In this document: positions 42,619-52,690 of the stretch, in pieces | How the letters are laid out: each line of letters starts with the position of its first letter | How positions within the stretch are numbered: the stretch's first letter is position 1 | Assembly (NCBI GenBank): GCA_963809895.1 | Contig: CAWELD010000004.1 | Coordinates: forward strand, 32,001-96,000 | Source: an uncultured Gemmatimonadales bacterium | GTDB lineage: Bacteria; Gemmatimonadota; Gemmatimonadetes; Longimicrobiales; Gaopeijiaceae | Length of the DNA stretch: 64,000 bases | Direction of reading: 5' to 3' | Notes under the pieces: generated by a model | Told to the model about the DNA's origin: nothing | The model's input: the letters and a program-made list of their open reading frames with translations, nothing else | Databases searched by the model: none | Program-made: the position numbers and the translations under genes

Positions 42619-45264
42619 GTGAAGCCCGCCGCACCGGCTCCGCCACGCTGGGCCGTCCGTCTGCTCGAGCGCGCGCTGCGCCGTGACCCCGCCGCCTCCG
42701 CCATCCTGGGTGACCTTCGGGAGGACTTCACGCGCATGGCCCGGGAGCGGGGTCGAGGGGCGGCCCGCCGCTGGTACGCACGCGAAGCCCTCCTCATGGC
42801 GCTGGGCCGCTGGGGCCGGGGGCAGGGGGTGCTGGGCGCCCTGGGTGAGGACGCGCACCACGCCTTCCTCTCCATTCGGCGAAATCCCGGCTTCGCGCTC
42901 ACCACGGCCACCATCATCGGCGTGGGCGTGGGTGCCGCCACCGCCGTCTACAGCGTCCTGAAGCCGCTGGTGGTGGCGCCGCTCCCCTTCGACCAGCCGG
43001 GTCAGTTGGTCTGGATCACCAACGACGCCACCCCCGACGACAACTCGCTGTCGTCGGTGAGCTCCCGCACCGCCAATCTCCACGACCTGCGGGAGCGGGC
43101 GAGCTCCTTCGAGGGCCTCACCGGCTACAACGCCTTCTTCGGACGCGAGCCGTACACGCTCACCGCCGCCGCCGGCGAGCCCGAGCGGCTCGTGGGCGTG
43201 GACGTGGCCCACGACTTTCTCGACGTGCTGGGCGTGGACCCCGTCCTGGGTCGCAGCTTCACCCGTGAGGAGGGCGAGCCCGGCGGATCTCCGGCCGTCA
43301 TCCTGTCCTGGGGCCTCTGGCAACGCCGCTTCGCCGCCGACCCGGACATCGTGGGCCGATCCGTGACGCTCAACGGCACACCTCGTTCCGTGGTGGGCGT
43401 GCTGCCCCGGGACTTCGACTTCTCGTCGGTGTTCGCGCCCAGCGCCCGGGTGGATGTCCTCGTGCCCTTCCCCGTCCTGCCCGCCGGCGGCGGCGGATTC
43501 CAGGGCAACACCATCTTCATCGTCGGACGGCTGAGACCCGGCGCCACCATCGCCTCGGCCCAGGCCGAAGTGGACGCCGTGTTCGCGGCCCTGCACGACG
43601 CGGATCCACGGCGTTGGGGGCTGTCGGCCCGCATCCAGTCGCTTCGGGACCATGTGGTGGGACCCTTCCGGCCGGCGCTCTGGCTCCTGTCCGCCGCGGC
43701 CCTGGTGCTGCTCCTCGTGGTGTGCGTGAACGTCTCCAACCTGCTCCTGGCTCGCTCGCCCCGGCGCGCCCGCGAGGTCGCGGTACGCAAGGCGCTCGGT
43801 GCGTCGCGCGCGAGGCTGGCTCGTCAACTCGTCCTGGAGTCGTTGGGCGTGGCGCTGGCCGGCTCGCTGCTGGGCTCGCTGTTGGCGTGGGGCGTCACGG
43901 CGGCGGTGGCCGGCAGCGCGGGGATCGACATCCCGCTCCTCGACCGGGCGAGCGTCGACGGCGCCACGCTCCTGCTCGCCGTCGGGCTGGCCCTGGTGAC
44001 GGGACTCGTGGTCAGCGTCGTGCCCGCCCTTCAGGTGACCGAGGGCGACGAGGCCCGGGTTCTCAGGTCCGACTCCCCCGGCAGCGGACAGGGCCGCGGC
44101 GCCCGGCGCCTCCGCGAGGGGCTGGTGGTAACCGAGGTCGCGTTGGCCTGCCTGCTCCTCATCGCCAGCGGCCTGCTGGTGCGAAGCTTCCGGGCCGTGC
44201 TGGCCGTGGACATGGGCTTCGATGCGAGCGGGGTGGTCGCCTGGCAGCTGAGCCCCGGTCGAGTCTTTCCGTCTCCACGCGCGCGCAGTGACTACTTCGC
44301 CGCCCTGGCGGCTCGCGTGGCGCAGGTGCCGGGTGTCTCCGACGTCGGCGTGAGCGACGCCCTGCCCCTGGGTCGCACCCGAAGCTGGACCGTGGGCCTC
44401 GCCGGCGCGGAATCGGGCTCAGCGCCCCAGGTCCAGGCCTATCCACACGTCGTGGACCCCGGCTATCTGGCCACCCTTGGTATTCCGCTCCTGAACGGGC
44501 GCAGCTTCACGCCCGACGACGGTCCCGACGCCGAGTCGGTGGTCGTCATCAACGAGTCGGCGGCACGCCGGCTGTTCGGAGACGGGCCGGCCGTGGGGCG
44601 GAGTCTTCGATTCTGGTCGGGGGATTCCCGGGTGGTGGGCGTCGTGCGCGACGTCCGGCACCTGTCGCCCGAGATGGGCGCCGGGGTCGAGGTCTACTTT
44701 CCCATGGCGCAGATGCCCGATTACGGCACCCCCGAGCTGGCGGTGCGCTCCAGCCGCCCGCTGCCCGAGGTGGCCGCCGCCGTCTCCCGGGCCGTCCACG
44801 ACCTGGACCCGTCCCTGCCGGTGCACGACTTCTGGACGCTGCAGTCGCGTGTCGACCGTGCGGTCTCGGCGCGGCGGTTCACCCTGTCCATCCTCGGCGC
44901 CTACGGAGCCGTCGCCCTGCTGCTCGCCGGCCTGGGCATCTACGGCGTCGTGGCCCAGACGGTGGCCGAGCGCAGGAGCGAGATCGGGGTGCGCATGGCG
45001 CTGGGCGCATCGTCGCGCGCGGTGCTCGGCGACGTGCTGGGGCGCTCCCTCCTGCTCACCGTGATCGGCATCCTGGCGGGCACGGCCCTGGCTCTCGCGG
45101 CCGCGCGCGTGCTGGCCTCACAGCTCTTCGAAGTGGGAATCGCGGACCCGGTGACCCTGGCAGGGATGGTGCTCACCGTGGTTGCCGTGGCATCGCTCGC
45201 CGCCGGCGTCCCCGCTACCCGCGCCGCTCGCACGCGGGGCAGCGACGTGCTGCGATCGGATTGA
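42619..45264 (+). CDS. orphan ADOP ABC permease
   Basis: PPRWAVRLL..GDLRE prefix; NVSNLLLAR; EIGVRMALGA. Confidence 0.92.
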   Translation: MKPAAPAPPRWAVRLLERALRRDPAASAILGDLREDFTRMARERGRGAARRWYAREALLMALGRWGRGQGVLGALGEDAHHAFLSIRRNPGFALTTATIIGVGVGAATAVYSVLKPLVVAPLPFDQPGQLVWITNDATPDDNSLSSVSSRTANLHDLRERASSFEGLTGYNAFFGREPYTLTAAAGEPERLVGVDVAHDFLDVLGVDPVLGRSFTREEGEPGGSPAVILSWGLWQRRFAADPDIVGRSVTLNGTPRSVVGVLPRDFDFSSVFAPSARVDVLVPFPVLPAGGGGFQGNTIFIVGRLRPGATIASAQAEVDAVFAALHDADPRRWGLSARIQSLRDHVVGPFRPALWLLSAAALVLLLVVCVNVSNLLLARSPRRAREVAVRKALGASRARLARQLVLESLGVALAGSLLGSLLAWGVTAAVAGSAGIDIPLLDRASVDGATLLLAVGLALVTGLVVSVVPALQVTEGDEARVLRSDSPGSGQGRGARRLREGLVVTEVALACLLLIASGLLVRSFRAVLAVDMGFDASGVVAWQLSPGRVFPSPRARSDYFAALAARVAQVPGVSDVGVSDALPLGRTRSWTVGLAGAESGSAPQVQAYPHVVDPGYLATLGIPLLNGRSFTPDDGPDAESVVVINESAARRLFGDGPAVGRSLRFWSGDSRVVGVVRDVRHLSPEMGAGVEVYFPMAQMPDYGTPELAVRSSRPLPEVAAAVSRAVHDLDPSLPVHDFWTLQSRVDRAVSARRFTLSILGAYGAVALLLAGLGIYGVVAQTVAERRSEIGVRMALGASSRAVLGDVLGRSLLLTVIGILAGTALALAAARVLASQLFEVGIADPVTLAGMVLTVVAVASLAAGVPATRAARTRGSDVLRSD

Positions 45265-45268
45265 GGGT

Positions 45269-45718
45269 TCAGGGGATCCGGGGATTCACTTTGCGCGCGA
45301 CGCTGGCGATGCTGTCGATCCCCTCGTCGCCGAGCAGTTCCTCGGTCCACGCCTGGGCCTCGGACCACGGTTCGTAGGCCTCCTCGAGCACCTTCGCTCC
45401 CGCCGCGGTGACCTCGAGCAGGCTCGAGCGCCCGTCCTCGCGGTCCACCCTTCGCGCGAGCCAGCCGTTGTCCACCATCCGGCTCAGGTTGCGGCTGAGC
45501 GTGGATTGCTCCATGGCGAGAAAGGGCTCGATGTCGCTGCTGCGGCTGGGCCCCAGCACGGTGATCACCGCCAGGATCGTGAGCTGGTTGGCGGTCACCC
45601 CCACCTCGCGCAGGTGCGTGTCGTAGCGCGCGGTGATGATCCGGCTGATCTGGCGCACGCGGCCCGCGGCGCAACGGTGGATGATGGCGCGGGCGACGTC
45701 CGCTGACGAAGCAGACAT
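45269..45718 (-). CDS. MarR family regulator
   Basis: CAAGRVRQISRIITARYD...EQSTLSRNL...EDGRSSLLEVT. Confidence 0.88.
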   Translation of the reverse strand: MSASSADVARAIIHRCAAGRVRQISRIITARYDTHLREVGVTANQLTILAVITVLGPSRSSDIEPFLAMEQSTLSRNLSRMVDNGWLARRVDREDGRSSLLEVTAAGAKVLEEAYEPWSEAQAWTEELLGDEGIDSIASVARKVNPRIP

Positions 45719-45746
45719 GATGGAAGCCGAGGCAGGGGAAGGCGGA

Positions 45747-45766
45747 ACATGCATGCGAATGCATGT
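45747..45766. promoter_or_regulatory. perfect inverted repeat, probable MarR operator
   Basis: ACATGCAT-GCGA-ATGCATGT just upstream of marR. Confidence 0.6.
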
Positions 45767-45810
45767 AAGCTACCGCAACGAAATCCCCCGGCCAACGGCC
45801 CTCGGGCGCG

Positions 45811-46199
45811 TCACGAGGCCCGGCAACGTTCGTAACGGACCACGCCGGGCTCCGACCCCTCGCCGATCAGGCTGAAGCCGCTCTTCTCCAGCACCCGGAT
45901 CGAGGGCGCCAACTCGGGGAGCGTCTCGGCGATGACACGCCGCACCTCGGGCGAGGCGAAGGCACGTTGCAGCATGCCCTCGACGGCTTCGGTGGCGAGG
46001 CCACGGCGCTGATAGGTGGGGATGACGAAATAGCCGATCTCCACCGTGCCGTCGTCGGTGGGGGGGCCCTTGAAAGAGGCCAGGAAGGGTGGACCGCGAC
46101 CCCAAGCGCCGCGGCGAGGGCGCCCGGTCCACGGAGTTCGGCTTCGAGGGTGGCCCTCGATCCGGGTATGAGTAGCAGGCGGGGTGTGCGGATCGGCAT
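45811..46199 (-). pseudogene. RimJ/RimL-type GNAT acetyltransferase with frameshift and apparent internal deletion
   Basis: N-terminus MPIRTPRLLL..HPSWP joins almost directly, out of frame, to FKGPP..DGTVEIGY..RRGLATEA..SIRVLEKSGF. Confidence 0.65.
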
Positions 46200-46317
46200 G
46201 GCTCAGGCTCTTTCGTCAGGATGCGAGCGGTGCCCCGAAAGCGCCAGGAAATCGTGTCGCTGGAGGAACGTAACATGTATATACACTTATTTTCTGGAGC
46301 CCTTTCTGGAGATCCCG

Positions 46318-47043
46318 ATGCGCCGACTCACTGTCGCAATCCTGGCCGCCGTGGGCCTGGTTGCCACCTCCACCGCCGCCAGCGCGGCCGCTCAGACCAC
46401 CCTGGCCGACGTCACGCCCTTCCTCATGGACCGGGACGCGGAGGTCGCCCTCGCCCGCTCCGCGGCTCCCAACGGAATCGGAGACCGGGCCACCGTCTGG
46501 GTCCTCACCCCGTCGGGATACGAGCAGGTCGCCGAAGGCAGCAACGGCTTCCATTGCTTCGTCGGCCGCGGCTGGTCGGGGCCGATCCTCATCGGTCAGG
46601 GCGAGAATCAGCGGGTTCATCCCGACCTCTTCGATCCCTTGCTGCACGCCCCGCATTGCTTCAACGCCATGGCGGCACGCTCCGTCCTGCCGTGGCAGAT
46701 CGAGCGCACCCGGCTGATCCTCGCGGGTGTGCCGGCGGAGGAGGTCAACGAGCGCATTCAGGCCGACGTCCACGCCGGGCGCATCGAGCTACCCGAACCG
46801 GGAGCCATGGCCTACATGATGTCGCCCCGCCAGGACCTCGGCCCGGATTTCGGCGCCTGGCGCCCCCACGTCATGGTGTATCTGCCCGACCTCTCCAACG
46901 GCGACTGGGGGATCACGGGATTCACCAACGACTATCCCTTCGTGGCCGAGTCCGGCACCCCGTGGTCCGTCGCGGTCTTGCCCATGCGCCGCTACTCCGA
47001 CGGCTCGTGGGCCCCCGAAACGGTGACGGGACGGAAGCGGTGA
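46318..47043 (+). CDS. secreted hypothetical protein
   Basis: Signal peptide; EVALARSAAP, GSNGFHC, GAMAYMMS, WRPHVM conserved-looking blocks. Confidence 0.8.
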   Translation: MRRLTVAILAAVGLVATSTAASAAAQTTLADVTPFLMDRDAEVALARSAAPNGIGDRATVWVLTPSGYEQVAEGSNGFHCFVGRGWSGPILIGQGENQRVHPDLFDPLLHAPHCFNAMAARSVLPWQIERTRLILAGVPAEEVNERIQADVHAGRIELPEPGAMAYMMSPRQDLGPDFGAWRPHVMVYLPDLSNGDWGITGFTNDYPFVAESGTPWSVAVLPMRRYSDGSWAPETVTGRKR

Positions 47044-47115
47044 CTCCGAGGGTTGATGGCACGTAGTCTAAAAAGTATACTACGCCTCCGGATCACTTTT
47101 CGTCGGGAGGCAGGG

Positions 47116-48456
47116 ATGCGTCGTCTGGGACTCGTATCGGCGTTGTGCGGGAGCGTGGTGCTGGGCGGTGCATCGTCTGCGAGCGTGGCCGCTCAACAGC
47201 CGACGCTTCGGGTCGGGCCGGAGGTGCTGATCGCTCCCGCCACGGCCGAGGACGTGTGGATCGAGCCGGCGCTGGCAGCGGATCCCAGCGATCCGGATCA
47301 CCTCCTCGCGGTGGGCTGGCGGCATCCGTTCGGGAGCGACCGGGCCGCCTCGCCCGACGAGCGCTGCGTGACCTTCCTCTCGAGAGACGGTGGTCAGAGC
47401 TGGAGCGAGCACGAACTGGGCGGTATCTCGTGCGCGGATCCCTGGCTCGCCGTCACGGAGGGTCGCGCGGTCCTCACCGCTCTGGGCAGGCATGCGAGCC
47501 TGCCCGACTCCGCCGACCAGCTGCTGGCGTACTTCTCACCGGACGGCGGCGCTTCCTGGCACGACGTGCCCCAGAGCCTGGGACGAGGCCACGACGGACC
47601 GCGGACCGTGGCCGCCGCCGACGGCACCGTCTACCTGACGTCCGGGCAGTCGTGGCCCGATGCCGCGGGTCGCGGCCGTTTCTCGATCCTGGTGGCGCGG
47701 GCTCGAGGAGGCATTCCCTACCTGGCGACGCTGGACCGTCTGGTGCCCGCCAACGTCAATTTCAACCCCGACGGCCTGGCCGTGCTCTCCGGCGGCGCAC
47801 TGGTGATCACCTACGACGACTATCAGCGCAAGGTGAACGGCTTCCGCTCCCGGGCCGGCGCGCTGGAGGGTCGCCGCGCCTGGGCGGTGGTGTCCGACGA
47901 CGGCGGCCGCAACTTCTCCATCCCCCTGCTCATCAACGAGGCCTGCTACGGCCGCCCCACCGACCTGGCCGCCGACACGTCGGGCGGGCCCTTCCGGGAC
48001 CGTCTCTATCACGTCTGCTCCGGCGACGACTACCGCTCGATCCTCCTGACCTACTCGGCGGACCGGGGCGACGAGTGGTCCGAGGCTACGCCCATCGAAG
48101 TGGAGGCGACTCGAGACGGCTCGCGGCGCGAGCCTCAGGTGGCGGTGAGCAGCGCGGGCGTCGTCGCCGTCGCGTGGATGGATCGCCGCGACGACGACTC
48201 CGGTGCCTGCTACGCGCCTTACGTGGCGGCCTCCACGGACGGTGGCCAGACCTTCGGCGCGCCCGTGCGCGCGTCCGCCGAGCTCTCCTGTCCCGACGGC
48301 GAACGCCTCGGATTCCCGGGCCGCCGCTGGCCTACGGGCGGCGACTACTTCGGATTCACCGCCGGAGCGGACGGCCGCTTCCACCTGGTGTGGCCCGACG
48401 CGCGCACGGGGCTGTTCGAGCTGCGGACGGTGACCGTGGAGGTGTCGGGCGGCTAG
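47116..48456 (+). CDS. secreted BNR/Asp-box (sialidase-like) beta-propeller protein
   Basis: Repeated SxDGGxxW/F Asp-boxes; GDYFG near the C-terminus. Confidence 0.85.
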   Translation: MRRLGLVSALCGSVVLGGASSASVAAQQPTLRVGPEVLIAPATAEDVWIEPALAADPSDPDHLLAVGWRHPFGSDRAASPDERCVTFLSRDGGQSWSEHELGGISCADPWLAVTEGRAVLTALGRHASLPDSADQLLAYFSPDGGASWHDVPQSLGRGHDGPRTVAAADGTVYLTSGQSWPDAAGRGRFSILVARARGGIPYLATLDRLVPANVNFNPDGLAVLSGGALVITYDDYQRKVNGFRSRAGALEGRRAWAVVSDDGGRNFSIPLLINEACYGRPTDLAADTSGGPFRDRLYHVCSGDDYRSILLTYSADRGDEWSEATPIEVEATRDGSRREPQVAVSSAGVVAVAWMDRRDDDSGACYAPYVAASTDGGQTFGAPVRASAELSCPDGERLGFPGRRWPTGGDYFGFTAGADGRFHLVWPDARTGLFELRTVTVEVSGG

Positions 48457-48908
48457 CGGCCTCCTTCTTCGTCGGCCTCCTCGGCAGCCCCTTCATGCTC
48501 CTGCGCCAGCACCTCGCCGGTGAGCGCGTCCACGTGCACCTCTTCGATGCCTTCCATCCCCTCCACGGCGATGTCGAAGGAGAAGATGAGCGCGCCGTCT
48601 TCCTCTTCGAGCTCGCCGGCCTTGATCGTACCGCCGGGCACCCGGGCCAGCGCCGCGGCGCGCGCCGCTTCGACGCTCACTTTCGCCCGCGCCAGCAGGG
48701 CGGCCGGAAGCTCGATCGCTCCGACTTCGTCCGCTTCGTCGGCTTCGTCGGCCTCGGCCGCTTCTGCGGCCTCCGACGCTTCCATGGCCTCGTTCTCCAC
48801 GGCCTCCGCCGTCTCTTCGTCTCTGGCCTCACCACGCTCCGGGCCTTCGGAGCACGCCGCCACCATGGTGAGCATGGCGGCCATGACCATCATCGTGCGA
48901 ACTCGCAT
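48453..48908 (-). CDS. PepSY domain lipoprotein
   Basis: VAAC lipobox, acidic linker, ELEEEDGALIFSFDI..VHVDALTGEVL. Confidence 0.88.
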   Translation of the reverse strand: MRVRTMMVMAAMLTMVAACSEGPERGEARDEETAEAVENEAMEASEAAEAAEADEADEADEVGAIELPAALLARAKVSVEAARAAALARVPGGTIKAGELEEEDGALIFSFDIAVEGMEGIEEVHVDALTGEVLAQEHEGAAEEADEEGGR

Positions 48909-49071
48909 GTTCTCTCCTGGGAGTGGTCCGACTCGTGTCAGCGCGAACAATGTGTCACGGGCCACCTGTCACGCCGATTATACGCTCGCTTCAGGCGTCT
49001 GAAAGGCGACACGTGTAGCTTCCTGATCGAGAAGTCGATCCATCGGGTGCGCCACGACCGGGGGAGATGGC

Positions 49072-49740
49072 ATGAGGGTCCTGATCGTCGAGGACGACGA
49101 CGAGCTCCGCACCGCACTGCGGGAAGGCCTGGAAGAGGAGGGCGTGAGGGCGGACACCGCCACGACCTACTCCGACGGCGCGCTGCAGGCCGCCCTGGGC
49201 TCGCACGACGTCCTGATCCTCGACGTCATGCTGCCCGGGGGGACCGGCGTCGAACTGTGCCGCTACCTCCGCGACGAAGGCATCCTCACGCCCATTCTCT
49301 TCCTCACTGCGCTCGGGGCCGAGGACGACCGCGTGGGCGGATTCCAGGCCGGTGGCGACGACTACCTCACGAAGCCCTTCTCCTTCCGCGAGCTTCTCGC
49401 CCGACTGCGCGCCCTGGCCCGGAGGCCTCCCGAGCTCCTTCACGAGGTGCGCCAGGTCGCGGACCTGAGCGTGGATCTGGATGCGCACACCGCCTCGCGC
49501 GGCGGTACCGACCTGGCGTTGACGGCCCAGGAATGGGCGCTCCTGGAATTCTTCGTCCGACACGAAGGGGTGGTCGTGTCCCGGGCGGACATCACCGCCT
49601 ACGTGTGGGACGACAACCACGACCCCTTCACGAACCTCCTCGAGGTCCTCGTCTGGCGCCTGCGCCGCAAGGTGGACGACGGATACGAGCCCAAGCTCAT
49701 CCACACGGTACGGGGCGCGGGATATCGGTTCGGTGCATGA
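49072..49740 (+). CDS. OmpR-family response regulator
   Basis: VLIVEDD, LDVMLPG, DDYLTKPF, LIHTVRGAGY. Confidence 0.95.
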   Translation: MRVLIVEDDDELRTALREGLEEEGVRADTATTYSDGALQAALGSHDVLILDVMLPGGTGVELCRYLRDEGILTPILFLTALGAEDDRVGGFQAGGDDYLTKPFSFRELLARLRALARRPPELLHEVRQVADLSVDLDAHTASRGGTDLALTAQEWALLEFFVRHEGVVVSRADITAYVWDDNHDPFTNLLEVLVWRLRRKVDDGYEPKLIHTVRGAGYRFGA

Positions 49741-51005
49741 GTGACGACGCGTTCCGCCGGATCCGGAGGCGCATCACCCTCTGGTACGTGGGTGTGTTCG
49801 CAGGGATTCTCCTGCTCTTCGGAGGCGCCGTCTATCTGGCGATCACCCACCAGGTGGGCCGGTCGCTGGATCGACAGCTCGTGGCCGCCACCGGCGAGAT
49901 CGAACGGGCGCTCCGCATCCGGGAGCAGGAGCGGGGCCTGCCCGAGCACACGGTGGACGCACTGGACGAGCTGCGTATTCCCGGCACCAGCCTCTACGTG
50001 TTCGATGCAGAGGGGAATCCGTTGCGTGGCACGGCGCCCCCCGCATTCCTGGCAACCCTCGCCCGGACCGTCCTCGACCGGGGCGAGGTGTGGGCGAGGC
50101 CGGAGGCGGAGCCGGATGCGACCCTGCGTGTCTACGGGCGTCGCATCTCGGTGGCGGATGAAGTCTACGCGGCCCTGGCCGCGACTCCCGTGCTGGAAGT
50201 GGAAGAGCGCTATCCGGGGTTGCTGGCGTCCTTCCTCCTGGCGGCCCTCGGCGCCCTCACCCTCGTGGGGCTCGGAGGCGCGGCGCTGGCGCGCAAGTCG
50301 CTGGTGCCCGTGGAGGAATCCATGTCCAGGATGCGTCGCTTCGTCGCCGACGCCTCGCACGAGCTCCGGACCCCCGCCGCGGCCCTCCGCACGCGCGCCG
50401 AGGTGGCGCTCCAGCGCGCGCGCTCGGTGGAGGAGTACGCGGATCTCATGGAGCGGGTGCGGCGGGAGTCCGAGAGGCTCGGCCGCCTCGTCGACGGCCT
50501 CCTCCTGCTGGCCGCCGCCGATGAGGACCGGTTGCCCATGCGTCGCCAGCCGGTCTTCCTGGACGACCTGCTCGTCCAGGCCTCGGAGACGGTTCGCACC
50601 CTCGCCACCTCCAAGGGCGTGACCCTGGAACTGGGAACCTTCGACGAGGCACCCATCAATGCCGATCCCGAGCTGGTGCGTCAGCTCTGTCTGATCATTC
50701 TCGAGAACGCCGTCAAGTACACGCCCTCACCCGGCACCGTGCACGCCGACGTGGCGACCGATGGTGACCTTTGCCGCCTCACCGTTCGAGATACCGGCCC
50801 CGGGATCGACGCTGAGACGCTGCCCCATGTCTTCGAGCGCTTCTACCGCGCTGATCCCGCGCGGGGCCGCGCGGGCGGAAGCGGGCTCGGGCTGGCCATC
50901 GCCAGGAGCATCGCCGACGCGCACGGGGCCGACATCCAGGTGCGCTCCACCGCCGGTCGGGGCACCACCGTGGAGGTGGCGTTCCCACGGCGCAGCAACC
51001 GCTAG
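49737..51005 (+). CDS. sensor histidine kinase
   Basis: Two TM segments; ADASHELRTP, LENAVKY, DTGPG, FERFYR, GSGLGL. Confidence 0.94.
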   Translation: MSDDAFRRIRRRITLWYVGVFAGILLLFGGAVYLAITHQVGRSLDRQLVAATGEIERALRIREQERGLPEHTVDALDELRIPGTSLYVFDAEGNPLRGTAPPAFLATLARTVLDRGEVWARPEAEPDATLRVYGRRISVADEVYAALAATPVLEVEERYPGLLASFLLAALGALTLVGLGGAALARKSLVPVEESMSRMRRFVADASHELRTPAAALRTRAEVALQRARSVEEYADLMERVRRESERLGRLVDGLLLLAAADEDRLPMRRQPVFLDDLLVQASETVRTLATSKGVTLELGTFDEAPINADPELVRQLCLIILENAVKYTPSPGTVHADVATDGDLCRLTVRDTGPGIDAETLPHVFERFYRADPARGRAGGSGLGLAIARSIADAHGADIQVRSTAGRGTTVEVAFPRRSNR

Positions 51006-51053
51006 CAGGTCGCTGCGTTGCCCCCGGCCAGGCCGGGCGTCTACAATGCCTCG

Positions 51054-52478
51054 ATGAACGCCGAATCCTCCCCCCCGGATCTGGTCGAACGTCTCCGGCA
51101 GCACCGCGCCCTGGCGAAGGTGCCCGACGCCGAGCTCCAGTGGCTCGCGGAGCACGGCCGCCTTCAGCGCTTCGAGGCGGGCCAGTTCATCGCTCGCAAG
51201 GGACAGGAGGTAGGTGAGGCCAACTTCGGGCTCGAAATCGTCCTGAAAGGGCGTTTCGGGGTCTATCTGGATCGCGGCGGCGGACCCCGAAAGGTGATGG
51301 AATGGCAGGCGGGCGAGCTCAGCGGCGCGCTGCCCTTCTCCCGCATGAAGTCCACGCCCGGCGACCTCGTGACGGAGACCGCGATGGAGATCCTCTCCAT
51401 CGATCCCACGCACTTCCCCGAGCTCATTCGCGAGTGTCCAGTCGTCACCGGCGTGTGCGTGCACGTGATGCTCGATCGGGCACGGGTCTTCAAAACGACG
51501 GACCTGCAGGACGAGAAGATGGTCTCGCTGGGCAAGCTGTCAGCCGGATTGGCCCACGAGCTCAACAACCCCGCCTCGGCGGTGGCCCGGAGCGCACACC
51601 TGCTCCAGCGCTCCATGGCCGAGGCGGACCGGGCCGCGCGTCAGCTCGCGCAGATGGAGCTCGACAAGGAGCAACTCGCGGCCGTGGACCGCGTGCGCGA
51701 AGCGTGCATGCGGGAGCCCCCGGTCGTGTCGCTCTCGCCCCTGGAGCGACTGGACCGCGAAGACGAGATCGCGGCGTGGCTCCTGGCCCACGGCGCCGAC
51801 CGCTCGGCCGTGGACGCCCTCTCGGACACCGCGGTCACCTTCGAGGCGCTGAACGACCTCGCGGAATACCTCGAAGGCCAGGCGTTGGACGCCGCCCTGG
51901 ATTGGGTCGCGGCGGGGTGCGCCGTGCGTACGCTGGCGTCCGAAACCGAGCGCGCCGGGGCGAGGATTTCCGCTCTCGTGAGCGCCATGAAGCGATTGAC
52001 CCACATGGACCGGGCCCCCGTCGCCGAGGCCATCGACATCGAGCAGGGACTGCGGGACACGCTCACCGTCCTGGGTCACAAGGCCCGGCACAAGTCCGTG
52101 AGCGTGCAGATCGACGTCCCTTCGGACCTGCCCGCGGCGAATGCCATCGGAGGCGAGTTGGATCAGGTCTGGATGAACATCCTCGACAACGCGCTGGACG
52201 CCGTCGAGCCGGGTGGGCAGGTCTCGGTGACGGCGGCGCCCGAGGGGCACATGCTCGTGGTGCGCATCGTGGACGACGGGCCCGGCATTCCTCCCGAGCA
52301 CCAGGGACGCATCTTCGACCCGTTCTTCACCACGAAGCCCCCTGGCGAGGGCACCGGCCTGGGTCTCGACATCGCGCGCACGTCCCTGAGGGCGCAGGGC
52401 GGAGAGATCGACTTCGACTCCCGCCCCGGCCGCACCGAGTTCCGTGTCTTCCTGCCGCTGGCCGAGCCGGACGCGTAG
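51054..52478 (+). CDS. cytoplasmic histidine kinase with cNMP-binding-like N-terminal domain
   Basis: AGLAHELNNP, NILDNA, DDGPG, FDPFFTTK, GTGLGL. Confidence 0.9.
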   Translation: MNAESSPPDLVERLRQHRALAKVPDAELQWLAEHGRLQRFEAGQFIARKGQEVGEANFGLEIVLKGRFGVYLDRGGGPRKVMEWQAGELSGALPFSRMKSTPGDLVTETAMEILSIDPTHFPELIRECPVVTGVCVHVMLDRARVFKTTDLQDEKMVSLGKLSAGLAHELNNPASAVARSAHLLQRSMAEADRAARQLAQMELDKEQLAAVDRVREACMREPPVVSLSPLERLDREDEIAAWLLAHGADRSAVDALSDTAVTFEALNDLAEYLEGQALDAALDWVAAGCAVRTLASETERAGARISALVSAMKRLTHMDRAPVAEAIDIEQGLRDTLTVLGHKARHKSVSVQIDVPSDLPAANAIGGELDQVWMNILDNALDAVEPGGQVSVTAAPEGHMLVVRIVDDGPGIPPEHQGRIFDPFFTTKPPGEGTGLGLDIARTSLRAQGGEIDFDSRPGRTEFRVFLPLAEPDA

Positions 52479-52510
52479 CCTCCCGACTCCACTGACGCGG
52501 GCTGAGCCGT

Positions 52511-52640
52511 TCAGGCAGCCTCGGCCAGAATCCCGTCCATCTGGCCCGCGGCGGCCCGGATCCTCTCTTCCATCCCCATGGCGACGAGCTGCTCCATGGC
52601 CTCGAGCGCCGGGAAGGTCATGACCGTGGTCATGCGCGTT
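52511..52640 (-). pseudogene. 3' remnant of an SRPBCC/AHSA1-family gene
   Basis: TRMTTVMTFPALEAMEQLVAMGMEERIRAAAGQMDGILAEAA* resembles the C-terminal helix of this family; no N-terminal part is present. Confidence 0.6.
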
Positions 52641-52690
52641 CCCTGCAATGGTCAGGGAGTCAGGAGCGGGCGTGCGTCGTGGACCGACGG

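Noticed and set aside
47145..51005. 1286-aa ORF as one giant kinase
   Set aside because: The upstream part is an off-frame shadow of three real genes; the kinase starts at ATG 49737.
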